From assembly GCF_902713615.1 (NCBI RefSeq), contig NC_052155.1, forward strand, positions 161,113,828 to 161,177,827: a stretch of 64,000 nt of DNA, in the 5' to 3' direction. Numbering within the stretch: position 1 is the stretch's first letter; every line of letters begins with the position of its first letter. This DNA is from Scyliorhinus canicula. Lineage: Eukaryota. Below the pieces are notes generated by a model. It was not told where the DNA came from and ran no database searches. It was given only the letters and a program-made list of their open reading frames with translations. Shown piece by piece: positions 12,381 through 23,479 of this stretch. Both the position numbers and the translations under genes were made by a program.

Positions 12381-13449
12381 TTCACTTTAGATGATTGGTA
12401 CTTAACATCTTTTTAATGCCTTCATTCTGGATCCTACCTTGGTCCAGGTAAACCCATTCATCACAATGCTACAGTGGACCCCATCCAGGTGTGATATCTC
12501 TGGCTCACAAGTGGATTTGTATCTAATAAAAGTCAATTTCTCCTTGTTGATTTTTGTTTGTAAAGTGGCTGATGTCTGCGGCCATCAGCAATGATGGCCT
12601 CTCAGTTTCTTTAATTAGATTAACTGATGGCGAGATGATGTCCCAGTGTCTTTACCTAATGTCAGCTTGGATTCGGGATTGACATGCTTTGGCGATTAAC
12701 TCCATACAGTACAACCTGCCTCTCTGTGAGGTTTCCCCCTGATAATTTGCATGTTTTATGTGCATGAAGCTTCCAGGGTTTCATATTTAGTAAAAGTCCA
12801 GCTGGAGGGATTCCGATCCGACGTGACTTTGTGAATTTATAGTATTCTAGGTACTGGTACAATGTGTATTGGGGTCAATTAAGAAAGAAAAAGTAAACTT
12901 GTTTTTATATACCGATTTTGTTCAGAGGACGAAAAGAAGAGCATTTCTGTACTTGTGGTGATTCAGTATTTGACATCACATGACTGTCTCAATTCCTTTT
13001 ACCCACCATTGGTAACAATGTCTTCAGCTGTCTAGGTGTTAAACTCTGAAATTCCCTTCCTAAATCTTTTTACTTCTCCACCCCTCTCTTTAGCACGATC
13101 CTTATTACCACTTTGTTGACCAACTGTCCTAATAGCCCCTCCTTTAGCGGGTATCAGTCTTCATCTAATTACACACTACACACATATGAAGTGCCTCGGG
13201 ACCTTTTTCACTATGTTAAAGACACTGCATAAATGCAAGTAGTTTATGTTATTTACCTACCGACCCATTGTGAATTTTTAAAAACAGTGTGCGTAGATCT
13301 GAGCCTCTGAATGACTGCCGCCTCTTTGGCTCCCCATTAGATATCCGCCGCATTGAACACCACTCCAATTTTGCAAAAGGATGCAATTTGCATTTAGCAC
13401 ATGGTACAGTAATGGGAAATAATTGACTTTATGTATAGATGTCCCAAAA

Positions 13450-13760
13450 GGCTTTCTAGCCAATTAAGTACTTTTAAAGTATCGAGAAATCTGGCAGCCA
13501 ATTTGCGGATAGCAAAGTCCCAACGAGATACATTGCCAAATAATCTGTTTTGAGGGACAAATATTGGTCTGGAGATTTGGGGGGGGGGGGGGGGGGGGTT
13601 GAAATCTCCCATCCTCCTCTTTTTGAATAGGCCATAATTTAATATCTAATCCAAAAGGCAACACTTCCTCAGTACTGCACTGCTGTGCCAGCCTACGTTT
13701 TGTGCTCAAATTTCTGGAGTTGTATTTTAATCCATAACCTTCTGATTTCCTGAAGGTGGG
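13450..13760 (-). mobile_element. DeuSINE-like (SacSINE1/AmnSINE-related) old SINE
   Basis: GGCAGCCAATTTGCG...GCAAAGTCCCA and CCTCAGTACTGCACTG...CAGCCTA...TGTGCTCAA motifs; similar segments at ~29335-29570 and ~58940-59160. Confidence 0.5.
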
Positions 13761-14299
13761 ATTGCCCTCGGAGGTAAGGGCAAGTTAATAAGGTTACATG
13801 GTAATATTTAAGGCTGAGTTCTCTCATTTGTTTCCTTATGCCAGTGTGTAATGATAATTTTCGTTTAGAATGATTCGAGATCTTTGTAATTGTTTTGAAA
13901 AAGTGTGCAGGGAGCTGATGAGGAAAACTGGATAAAATGTAAAAGTTGATCTTAAGATTGGCGAAGAACCAGTTAAGTGTTGTTTGAGAGGAACATTTTT
14001 TTTTTCTCCAGCTTCAATAACTTAAACCTTCGGAAGTGTAACAAAGGCCGATATGTTCTCCTTGCTGGTGGCTTTTGGCTTGATGCTTGTAATGTCCGAA
14101 GGATATAAAAACTATCTTCTAGTGAGAGGGTAAAACTGAACAATATTTGGGGCCTGTCAGTGCTCAACTTGGCTGGCCTGCCCAATAACCTATTTGCGTG
14201 CAGGGAGAAAAATATTGCAGAAATGAATATTACCTCATGGAAACCCCCCAATTTAAATCCCACTTCAGTCCTGGAATTGAATCAAGAAACAATTTGTTT

Positions 14300-15144
14300 G
14301 AAATAGCTGGCTTGGAATATAACGTGAAAGAATGTGAAGTTATCCACTTAGGTAGGGAAAACAGTTTTTCTTAAATGGTGATCGATTAGGAATTGTTGAT
14401 GTCCAAAGGGCCCTGGTTTTCTTGTTCATAAGTCACTGAAAGCTAACATGTAGGTATAACAAATAGTTAGGAAGGCAAATGACACATGACCCTTTATTGC
14501 AAGCTGATTAGAGTACAGAAGTCGGGACGTCTTGCTGCAACAAAAACAGAAAATGCTGGACAACCTCCGCAGGCCTGACGGCATCGGTGGAGAGAGAGAG
14601 ACCGGAGCTAGCTTTTTGAATCCGGGGGCAGCTTTGGCCTCCATACCCAAGGGAAGATATATTGGCCGTAGAGGTTGCAGCAGATGTTCACCAGACTAAT
14701 CCCTGGCAGGATTGCTCTGTGAGGAAACATTAAGGAGGTTGGGGCCATGTTCTCCAGAGTTTAGAATGGCAGGTGATCAATGAAGTGTACAAAATTCTTG
14801 CTTGGGGGGAGGAGTGGGGGTGGGGGGGGGGGGGGGGGGGGGGGGGGAAAGGGGTCTAGAATCGAGGGATACGGTTTCAGAATATGAGTTAAGCCAGATA
14901 GGGCCAAGATGAGGACTTTCTTCACTCGGAGAGTGCTAAGACTTTGGACCTCTCCACCCCAGAGACTGTGGCGACTCAGTCATTGCGTATGCTCAAATCG
15001 GAGGTTGATAGATCTTTTGGATACCAGTGACATCCAGGAATATGGGAACCGTGCAGGAAAATGGTGTTGTGCTAGAAGATCAGCCAGGATCGAGTTAAAT
15101 GGCAGAGTAGGTTTGACGGGGCAAATGGCCTACTCCTGCTCCTC
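14300..15144 (+). mobile_element. Degenerate CR1 LINE 3' fragment
   Basis: CEVIH.GR and RTFFT.RV..LW remnants; CR1 3' end AATGGCCTACTCCTGCTCCT. Confidence 0.7.
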
Positions 15145-15475
15145 TAGAACATAGAACAGTACAGCACAGAACAGGCCTTTCGGCCCTCGATGTTGTGCTG
15201 AGCAATGATCACCCTACTCAAACCCACGTATCCACCCTATACCCGTAACCCAACAACCTTACTTTTTTAGGACACTGCGGGCAATTTAACATGGCCAATC
15301 CACCTAACCCGCACATCTTTGGACTGTGGGAGGAAACCGGAGCACCCGGAGGAAACCCACGCACACACGGGGAGGACGTGCAGACTCCGCACAGACAGTG
15401 ACCCAGCCGGGAATCGAACCTGGGACCCGGGAGCTGTGAAGCATTTATGCTAACCACCATGCTACTGTGCTGCCC
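15145..15475 (-). mobile_element. Young tRNA-derived SINE (antisense)
   Basis: Near-exact reverse complement of 15622-15953. Confidence 0.85.
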
Positions 15476-15621
15476 ACGTTCCTAATTTATCTAAGACAGA
15501 TAGGTAGTCAGACATGTGTGTCAAAATTAGGTAAATTTTGGGAGCATATCCAAAGTTCCATAAGTATCAGTGCTTCTCAGGCAATCATGGCAATCTTTCT
15601 AGAACCTAAAACGTCATTGCT

Positions 15622-15953
15622 CAGCACGGTAGCATGGTGGTTAGCATAAATGCTTCACAGCTGCAGGGTACCAGGTTCGATTCCCGGCTGTCTGTGTGGC
15701 GTCTACACGTCCTCCCCGTGTGTGCGTGGGTTTCCTCCGGGTGCTCCGGTTTCCTCCCACAGTCCAAAGATGTGCGGGTTAGGTGGATTGGCCATGCTAA
15801 ATTGCCCGTAGTGTCCTAAAAAGTAAGGTTAAGGGGGGGTTGTTGGGTTACGGGTATAGGGTGGATACGTGGGTTTGAGTAGGGTGATCATTGCTCGGCA
15901 CAACATCGAGGGCCGAAGGGCCTGTTCTGTGCTGTACTGTTCTATGTTCTATG
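15622..15953 (+). mobile_element. Young tRNA-derived SINE (sense)
   Basis: SINE body with a TTCTATG tail; TGCTCAG direct repeat at both junctions (possible TSD). Confidence 0.85.
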
Positions 15954-16165
15954 CTCAGTGTGAAAGTAGCTGATTACTTCAGTTTGGATTAGTGAAACTG
16001 AGGAGCTTATTTATATAGTGCCTTTAAATAAGTTGCTGTTTCAGAAGTTGCATAGAATTAGACTTGTGTATAATGTGATCTGGTTACCTGAGCTTCTTTC
16101 TTTTTAGTTAATTTTTTGTAATTATGATAATTTTGTTTTGCTGGATTGAGTTGCATGCATCTTAT

Positions 16166-16355
16166 GGTTTAGTTCAGTTGGCTGGACAGCTGGTTTGTGA
16201 TGCAGAGCGAGGCCAACAGCGTGGGTTCAATTCCCGTACTGGCTGAGGTTATTCATGCCTTCTCAGATCCTCAGGTTAAATCACCACCAGTCAGCTCTAC
16301 CCCTCAAAGGAGAAAGCAGCCTGTGGTCATCTGGGATTGTGGCGACTTTATCTTT
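16166..16355 (+). mobile_element. Second tRNA-derived SINE family
   Basis: tRNA-like head (TAGTTCAGTTGG...GGGTTCAATTCCC); the 3' part CTCAGGTTAAATCACCACCAGTCAGCTCTACCCCTCAAA is repeated at ~49040-49120. Confidence 0.65.
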
Positions 16356-16440
16356 TACTTTATTCGATGAACCACTGTGATATAGTAATGCAAAGACTTT
16401 GAACTCTGTTTTTATTATCATCTTTGTTCAGATACTGATA

Positions 16441-17183
16441 GGGCGGAATTCTCTGCTCCCGCGAAAAATTGGGAAGGCCGTCGTGAACTCGGCCGAGTTT
16501 CACGACGCCCTCGGCGGCCACACCTCTCACCTTATTCACCCCGACCCGGAGGGCTAGGAGCGGCGCTCCGTTACTCTCGGGTGCCGGGCCTTGACGCTTG
16601 CGAGAATGACGCGACAACGGCGCCTAGGTGACATCAGCCGCGCAGGTCGGCCGGCTCCAACCCGCGCGTGCGTGGCTGAGGTCACTTCGGCTGACGGCTC
16701 AAACCCGCACATGCGCAGTTGCCGTCTTCCCCTCCGCTGCCCCGCAAGACGTGGCGGCTTGATTTTGCGGGGCGGCGGAGGGGAAAGAGTGCGTCCCTTT
16801 GAGACGCCGGCCCGACGTTCGGTGGACACCGATCGTGGGCCAGTCCCCTCCCGAGCACGGCCGTGGTGCTCACTTCCCTCTCCACCCCCCACAAGCGTCA
16901 AACCAGCGTTTGCCGCCATGTTCACGACGGCAGCGACCAGGTGTGGTTCACGAAGGCAGCGACCCGGTGTGGTTGCCACCGTCGTGAACCGGTCGTGAAC
17001 GGCAGGCCGCTCGGCCCATCCGGGTTGGAGAATCGCCGGTCGGCGTGAAAAACGGCGAGCGGCGATTCTTCCGAGCGGGATGGTGGGAGAATGGCGGGGG
17101 GGGGGGCGCCAGGGGGGCGTGTCGTGAGTCGCCCGGCCCTCCCGCGATTCTCCCACCCGGCGTGGGGAGCGGAGAATTGCGCC
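16441..17183. mobile_element. GC/CpG-rich Harbinger-like MITE
   Basis: ~19-bp TIRs GGCGGAATTCTCTGCTCCC / GGGAGCGGAGAATTGCGCC; ATA(G) duplicated on both flanks; no transposase. Confidence 0.8.
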
Positions 17184-19283
17184 ATAGTGTAGCGAACTGT
17201 GTATTTTGGAAAAATGAGTCTATTTCATATTTTAACGTCCTCTGCTTGTAAGAGTTAAATAGATCAGAAAGTACAATACATTTCAAATTTAAGTGCATTT
17301 GGAAAGTCTGTACAAACTCGCATTTAATTTGTCTTGAATTAAATGGCTTTTACTCACTTCACACTTTATCACATTGCCTTAGTAGGTCGAAGTTCAAACC
17401 TCTTTATCTAGTTAAAAATTAATGATGTTCCTTTCCTTATTCCCAGATGCAGTGAATGGAGAGCAAGTGTTGTCACGCTGGCTCAATCAGTGTTGTGTTA
17501 TCATCTTATGAAATCATGCTGGGCTCCATCTTTTTTAAAGGACTTTTATTCTAATAGCTGGTTACTTTGATAGTTTTTAAAATTATAATGCTTTGCTTTC
17601 ACAATGATCCATAATCAGTCGGATCCTATTCCAGATCATGTCCAGACAGTTATACTCGTGGATAAAGGGGGCGTTGTTAGTTCAGATCCAGTCTCCGCAT
17701 TAACGTCCAAGATGCCGGATCCACGTTCTGCAGATTTGAATTACACAAAATAGAACATAGAACATACAGTGCAGAAGGAGGCCATTCGGCCCATCGAGTT
17801 TGCACCGACCCACATTAAGCCCTCATTTCCACCGTAACCCAATAACCCCTCCTAATCTATGGCTCCAGATGAAAATGTCTTGAGACAACAAGACCTCATT
17901 CTTTCAGAATACCAATCCTACTATCTTCCCACTGCAACATTTGAATATTTCCTCTTAAATGACTGTAATGTCCTGATCGTGACCACAAGCGTTCAGATTT
18001 CTACTTACAAATACGGCTTATTATTGTAAAAGCAAAGGCAATAAACAGATTTTAAACTCAATTCACTTTTGATAGAGTGGAACATGATTCCTAAGGAAAC
18101 ACAACTATGCTTGAGTATTCAATTTCAAATGTTTTATTTATTTTTTATTTTGCAGTATATTTTGCAGGGGGGGGGCAGGGGGGTGTCTAAGACTCTGTTG
18201 ATGCTTGAGATTATTTTAAGTTTATTATTGATTGTTGAAGGATCAACTACAGTTGTGTTTGCCTTAACGTAATGTAGAGTACCAGAAAAGTTAATATTTA
18301 TCACTGATTTTGAAATGCTTAGTAATGGTCCTTGGGTGAACATTGATTTGTACTTCAATAGGTCGGAGTTTGAACTTGTTTAATCAGGGTGCTGAGATGT
18401 TTCAAAGGCGTGTTGTTTTTGATACTTACAACCTACCCTTTACCCAAAACTTATCTAGGTTTTCAGATTAAATCAACAGTTCATTAGCGGAAATATTTTA
18501 GATTTGTTTATTACCCTTCCTTCCATTTGTTTACTTGAGCTCTTCAGGATGTTTTGATGTTTTTGCACCAGTGCTAAATTTTTTGACAAAATTATTTTGA
18601 ATTGCCGGTTTTCAAAGTGACCATGTTTGAATAGTTCTAGTGACGTCGAACTCCATCTTCTCTGCGCCGTAACCTTTTCCTTAAAGAATGTTTAAAATTG
18701 ATTTGCGAAAGCAACTTGTTTGTGCAGTTGTTTTTTTTTTTAAATTGCCAATTTTAACTGACCCCTTTTTTTTATTTGTGTAGAGACAAGAAGGGTTTTG
18801 AGTAAATGTTTACAGAATTGAGGGAGAGGTAACCTGGGTTTGGAGGGACCATTGGATGGCAAGAACATGTCGGCTAAAGGGTCAGTCGCCAATGGTGACT
18901 GAACAATGGGGTAACTAAGTACACACTGGCAATAGTAAAATTATAGGTTGGAATTCTCCAGCCACCTGTTCCCGTCAGCAGGGCACCCCCACCTGGAGGT
19001 TTCCCGTCGGCGTGGAGTGGCTCACAATGGGAAAAAAGAACAAAGACGAACAAAGAAAAGTACAGCACAGGAACAGGCCCTTTGGCCCTCCAAGCCTGTG
19101 CCGACCATGCTGCCCGTCTAGACTAAAATCTTCTGCACTTCCGGGGTCCGTATCCCTCTATTTCCATCCTATTCATGTGTTTGTCAAGATGCCCCTTAAA
19201 TGTCACGATCATCCCTGCTTCCACCACCACCTCCTCCAGCAGCGAGTTCCAGGCACCCACTACCCTCTGTTAAAAAATAAAAC

Positions 19284-20991
19284 ATGCCTCGTATTGGTCC
19301 TTTAGAGGATGAGAAGGGAGTTTTAATAATGGGAAATGAGGAAATGGCTGAGGAACTGAACAGGTTTTTTGGGTCGGTCTTCACAGTGGAAGACACAAAT
19401 AACATGCCAGCGACTGATAGAAATGAGGCTATGACAGATGAGGACCTTGAGAGGATTGTTATCACTAAGGAGGTAGTGATAGGCAAGCTAAAGGAAGACA
19501 AGTCTCCTGGCCCTGATGGAATGCATCCCAGAGTGCTAAAAGAGATGGCTAGGGAAATTGCAGATGCACTAGTGATAATTTACCGAAATTCACTAGACTC
19601 TGGGGTGGTCCCGGTGGATTGGAAATTAGCAAACGTGACACCACTGTTTAAAAAAGGAGGTAGGCAGAAAGCAGGAAATTATAGGCCAGTGAGCTTAACT
19701 TCGGTAGTAGGGAAGATGCTGGAATCTATCATCAAGGAAGAAATAGCGAGGCATCTGGATAGAAATTGTCCCATTGGGCAGACGCAGCATGGGTTCATAA
19801 AGGGCAGGTCATGCCTAACTAATTTAGTGGAATTTTTTGAGGACATTACCAGTGCAGTAGATAATGGGGAGCCGATGGATGTGGTATATCTTGATTTCCA
19901 GAAAGCCTTTGACAAGGTGCCACACAAAAGGTTGCTGCATAAGATAAAGATGCATGGCATTAAGGGTAAAGTAGTAGCATGGATAGAGGATTGGTTAATT
20001 AATAGAAAGCAAAGAGTGGGGATTAATGGGTGTTTCTCTGGTTGGCAATCGGTAGCTAGTGGTGTCCCTCAGGGATCCGTGTTGGGCCCACAATTGTTCA
20101 CAATTTACATAGATGATTTGGAGTTGGGGACCAAGGGCAATGTGTCCAAGTTTGCAGATGACACTAAGATGAGTGGTAAAGCGAAAAGTGCAGAGGATAC
20201 TGGAAGTCTGCAGAGGGATTTGGATAGGTTAAGTGAATGGGCTAGGGTCTGGCAGATGGAATACAATGATGACAAATGTGAGGTTATCCATTTTGGTAGG
20301 AATAACAGCAAACGGGATTATTATTTAAACGATAAAATATTAAAGCATGCCACTGTGCAGAGAGACTTGGGTGTGCTAGTGCATGAGTCACAGAAGGTTG
20401 GTTTACAGGTGCAACAGGTGATTAAGAAGGCAAATGGAATTTTGTCCTTCATTGCTAGAGGGATGGAGTTTAAGACTAGGGAGGTTATGTTGCAATTGTA
20501 TAAGGTGTTAGTGAGGCCACACCTGGAGTATTGTGTTCAGTTTTGGTCTCCTTACTTAAGAAAGGACGTACTGGTACTGGAGGGTGTGCAGAGGAGATTC
20601 ACTAGGTTAATCCCAGAGCTGAAGGGGTTGGATTTATGAGGAGAGGTTGAGTAGACTGGGACTGTACTCATTGGAATTTAGAAGGATGAGGGGGGATCTT
20701 ATAGAAACATTTAAAATTATGAAGGGAATAGATAGGATAGATGCGGGCAGGTTGTTTCCACTGGCGGGTGAAAGCAGAACTAGGGGACATAGCCTCAAAA
20801 TAAGGGGAAGTAGATTTAGGACTGAGTTTAGGAGGAACTTCTTCACCCAAAGGGTTGTGAATCTATGGAATTCCTTGCCCAGTGAAGCAGTTGAGGCTCC
20901 TTCATTACATGTTTTTAAGGTAAAGATAGATAGTTTTTTGAAGAATAAAGGGATTAAGGGTTATGGTGTTCGGGCCGGAAAGTGGAGCTGA
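19284..20991 (+). pseudogene. CR1 ORF2 reverse transcriptase (5'-truncated, one frameshift)
   Basis: KSPGPDGMHPRVLKE, NYRPVSLTS, QHGF..GRSCLTNL, LDFQKAFDKVPH, GVPQGSVLGP, SKFADDTK, RPHLEYC. Confidence 0.93.
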
Positions 20992-21087
20992 GTCCACAAA
21001 AGATCAGCCATGATCTCATTGAATGGCGGAGCAGGCTCGAGGGGCCAGATGGCCTACTCCTGCTCCTAGTTCTTATGTTCTTATGTA
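19292..21087 (+). mobile_element. Young 5'-truncated CR1 LINE
   Basis: 451-aa RT ORF continues after a single frameshift (~20634) to the stop at 20991; 3' UTR and TCTTATGTTCTTATG tail. Confidence 0.95.
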
Positions 21088-21337
21088 CCTCGTAGACAGT
21101 CAGAGCCTTTTTCCGCGGGAGGAACAAACCATTACAAGGGAACATAAATTTAAGGTAAATGGTGGAAGATATAGGGGGGATGTCAGAGGTATGTTCTTTA
21201 CCCAGAGTGTAGTGGGGGCATGGAATGCACTGCCTGTGGAAGTAGTTGAGTCGGAAACGTTAGGGACCTTCAAGCGGCTATTGGATAGGTACATGGATTA
21301 TGGTAGAATAATGGAGTGTAGATTCATTTATTCTTAA

Positions 21338-21560
21338 GGGCAGCACGGTAGCATTGTGGATAGCACAATTGCTTCACAGCTCCAGCGTCCCAGGTTCGAT
21401 TCCGGCTTGGGTCACTGTCTGTGTGGAGTCTGCACATCTTCCCCGTGTATGCGTGGGTTTCCTCTGGGTGCTCCGGTTTCCTCCCACAGTCCAAAGATGT
21501 GCAGGTTGGGTGGATTGGCCATGCTAAATTGCCTTTAGTGTCCAAAACTCTATGATAATC
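21338..21560 (+). mobile_element. tRNA-derived SINE inserted in a CR1 3' fragment
   Basis: Same subfamily as 7016; flanked by CR1 3' sequence (21094-21335 and 21565-21633). Confidence 0.75.
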
Positions 21561-22115
21561 TATGATTAACCTAGGACAAAAGTTCGGCACAACATCGTGG
21601 GCCGAAGGGCCTGTTCTGTGCTGTATTTCTCTATATTACCTCTATATTACATCTCCTCTAAACCTTGCCTCTCGTACCTTAAACCTATGCCCCCTAGTAA
21701 TTGACCCATCTACCCTGGGAAAAAGCCTCTTGCTATCCACTCTGTCTACGCCCCTCATAATATTGTAGACCTCTATCAGGTCACTAAATCCCAACGACAG
21801 GCCATTGACAGGCAGCGGGAGTAGAGAATCCCGCCGCCAGTGAACAGCGCGCTGCAGAGAAGCACGCGGCTGGGGGAACCGGAGAATCCAGCCCATTGAA
21901 TACGGCCATGGGGGAATCTGGAAAGGAATTTGAGAATTTTGAGGTCCATTTCGCACGAACGGGGAGAATCGGGTGACGGGAAGTTGACACTTTTTTAGGT
22001 GAAGAAAAATGATCAGCTTACCAACTGCTTCGTATGCTTGTCAGTTGAATGCAAAGTGAAGCAGCCTGACAATTTGTATCTGGTCTTGTTTCGCTATAGT
22101 TTGTTCCAGTCTGTC

Positions 22116-22738
22116 ATAGAATCCCGGCAGTGCAGAAGGAGGCCATTCGGCCCATCGATTCTGCACCGACCACTCGAAAGACCATTCTATACAGGCCCAA
22201 TCCTCACTCTATCCCCACCTAACCTTGGGACACTGGAGCAATTTAGCATGGCCAATCCTAAACTAACCTGCACATATTTTGGACTGTGGGAGGAAACTGG
22301 AGCACTCGGAGGAAACCCACACAGACACGGAGAGCATGTAAACTCCACACAAGTCGCCCATGGTCTGAATCGAACCCTGTCTTTGAAAGTTTGAGAAGGA
22401 CGTATAAGGACACATAGAACCATAGAATTCCTACAGTGTAGATGGAGGCCCATCGAGTCTGCACTGTCCCTCTGAAAGAGCACCCTATGTGGCCCACTCA
22501 CCCGCTCAATCCCTGTAACCCCACGTAACCTGCACATCTTTGTACACTTGAGGGGCAATTTAGCATGGACAATTCACCTGCACATCTTTGGACTGTGGGA
22601 GGAAACCGAAGCACCCAGAGGAAACCCATCCAGACACTGGGAGAGCATGCAAACTCTACACAGACAGGCACCCAAGGATGGAATCGAACCCAGGTCCCTG
22701 GCGCTGTGAGCCAGCAGTGCTAACTGCTGTGCCGCCCA
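22116..22738 (-). mobile_element. Two tandem antisense tRNA-derived SINEs
   Basis: Reverse-complement SINE cores at ~22116-22380 and ~22416-22738. Confidence 0.7.
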
Positions 22739-23479
22739 CATGTGTAAGATGCACCCTCCAGATGTTTGTATGCACCTGGATTCAAGTTATTTGGATCACT
22801 TATGACCAGCACCATTATGCCCCAGAGAACAGCTCTATTGTTGGTTGTCTTCTGCATACACAAGTGGTGTTTATAAATAACACAGCGCAGCACTGCTTTT
22901 AAATGTTACAATCATGGAGCTGTGTGGGTTTTTAAACTATCCCCATCTCAGACTGTCAGTAAAGTGTGCATCTCAAAACGTCCCCATCCATTCCCCCCCC
23001 CCATCCCAATGTCTCAATGAAAGCAAGAGGATTTGGATGGGTACCGTATCTCTGACTAAGCGTGGAAGGGCTAGACTAGGTTAAGAAAAGTTGAACAGGG
23101 TAGTGACAGTTGATGATGGAATCAGAAAATCTGACATCGCTTTTTTTTTTGTCAGAGTATCAGTATTAAAAATTAACCAGGACATGCTGTTTTTAATCTA
23201 AACTATTGAATCATGACTCTGGCCCCTCCGTCTTTCCACATTTCCCAATTCCGAAATGGCTAAAGAAATTCCTGGACCCCTGGAAATTCTGCCGTGGTCT
23301 GTTGCGGTTTTTTTGTTTTTGTTTCCAGCATTTCCTACTTGTTTGCCATTTATTTCAGTGATAGAATGTTGAGTATGCGCCTCGAGTTGCAGTTCCAATG
23401 TCCGCGTGAGTGTGTTCTCACTTGGAAGCCGATGGAACAGCAATGGCAGGAGTTTTTAGTTATTTGGGAAGCACAACAG

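Noticed and set aside
16166-16240. Possible tRNA gene (also the heads of the other SINEs)
   Set aside because: The tRNA-like A/B boxes continue into SINE bodies, with no complete cloverleaf or terminator
16360-17298. Cluster of overlapping 60-200 aa ORFs
   Set aside because: They lie within a GC-rich MITE where stop codons are scarce; no recognisable domains
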